From assembly GCA_963743305.1 (NCBI GenBank), contig CAVUPH010000014.1:320001-384000 (forward strand): a DNA stretch of 64,000 bases. The letters are read 5' to 3'. The stretch comes from an uncultured delta proteobacterium (GTDB lineage Bacteria > Desulfobacterota > RBG-13-43-22). This document shows positions 63,270 through 64,000 of the stretch, in pieces (the first letter of the stretch is position 1; each line of letters starts with the position of its first letter). The notes beneath the pieces were generated by a model, which was given only the letters and a program-made list of their open reading frames with translations, was not told where the DNA came from and ran no database searches. The position numbers were made by a program, and so were the translations under genes.

Positions 63270-64000
63270 TTATTCGTTTTCGATAATGGTCGTCATGCCC
63301 ATACCGCCGCCCACGCAGAGGGTGGCTAGTCCCAAGGCGAGGTTGCGGCGCTTCATTTCGTAGAGCAGGGAAATGATAATCCGCACCCCGGTAGCGCCTA
63401 CCGGATGACCCAGACCGATCCCGCTGCCGTTCACGTTGGTAATTTCCCGGTTCAGCCCTAATCCCCGCTCGCAGGCCAGGTACTGGGAGGCGAAGGCCTC
63501 GTTTACTTCAAGGAGCTGGATATCCGAGATGGCCAATCCGGCCTTTTTTAGACATTTTTCAGTGGCCGGTACCGGGCCGTAGCCCATGAATTTGGGATCC
63601 ACCCCGGCGACGGCCTGGGCCACGATTTTGGCCATGGGGGTCAGTCCCAATTCCTGGGCCCGCTGCCGGCTGGTAACCAGGACCGCGGCGGCTCCGTCGT
63701 TCAGGCCTGAGGAATTACCAGCCGTAACCGTTCCTTCCTTTTTGAAAGCGGGGGCCAACCGCTCCAGGTCGGCCAGGGTCAAGCCGTAGCGGACATGTTC
63801 ATCGGTGTCCACGACCTTGGGCTCCCCCTTTTTTTGGGGGATGGCCACCGGTACGATTTCTTCTTTAAATCTTCCGGCTTTGATGGCGGCTTCGGCATGG
63901 TTGTGGCTGCGCAGGGCCACGATATCTTGGTCCTGACGGGAAATGTCGTATTTCTCAGCCAGGTTTTCCGCGGTTTGTCCCATGATATACCCCTTCTTTT
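63270..64000 (-). CDS. Acetyl-CoA C-acetyltransferase (thiolase), 5' end outside the window
   Basis: MGQTAE, TAGNSSGLNDGA, NEAFA, GHPVGATG, CVGGGMG. Confidence 0.95.
   Translation of the reverse strand, partial: KKGYIMGQTAENLAEKYDISRQDQDIVALRSHNHAEAAIKAGRFKEEIVPVAIPQKKGEPKVVDTDEHVRYGLTLADLERLAPAFKKEGTVTAGNSSGLNDGAAAVLVTSRQRAQELGLTPMAKIVAQAVAGVDPKFMGYGPVPATEKCLKKAGLAISDIQLLEVNEAFASQYLACERGLGLNREITNVNGSGIGLGHPVGATGVRIIISLLYEMKRRNLALGLATLCVGGGMGMTTIIENE

Overview
Chromosomal window from an anaerobic bacterium, probably Desulfobacterota (deltaproteobacteria), inferred from the gene set and the split atp operon. 1-15.2 kb is an accessory region: vapBC followed by a barnase-barstar pair (frameshifted in this read), an MFS pump, an Mre11/Rad50-like (YhaO/YhaN-type) pair, three genes bounded by attC-like sites with no integrase in the window, an orphan Hsp70-fold protein, and intact and decayed toxin-antitoxin modules. 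15.2-41.5 kb is mostly housekeeping: livKHMGF, queE-queC, F1 plus b/b' atp genes, mreBCD-mrdA-rodA, a hybrid kinase and redox genes. 41.7-53.3 kb is a CODH/acetyl-CoA synthase (Wood-Ljungdahl carbonyl branch) cluster. A candidate oriC with no adjacent dnaA precedes dnaN-gyrB-gyrA-gpsA. The most unusual signal is a family of ~145-155 bp miniature elements with shared terminal inverted repeats, short target duplications and two different hairpin cargoes. Two copies sit at the livF/queE and queE/queC junctions, supply the ribosome-binding sites, and show compensatory base-pair changes. No rRNA, tRNA or CRISPR array was recognised. All calls are by eye, without database searches.
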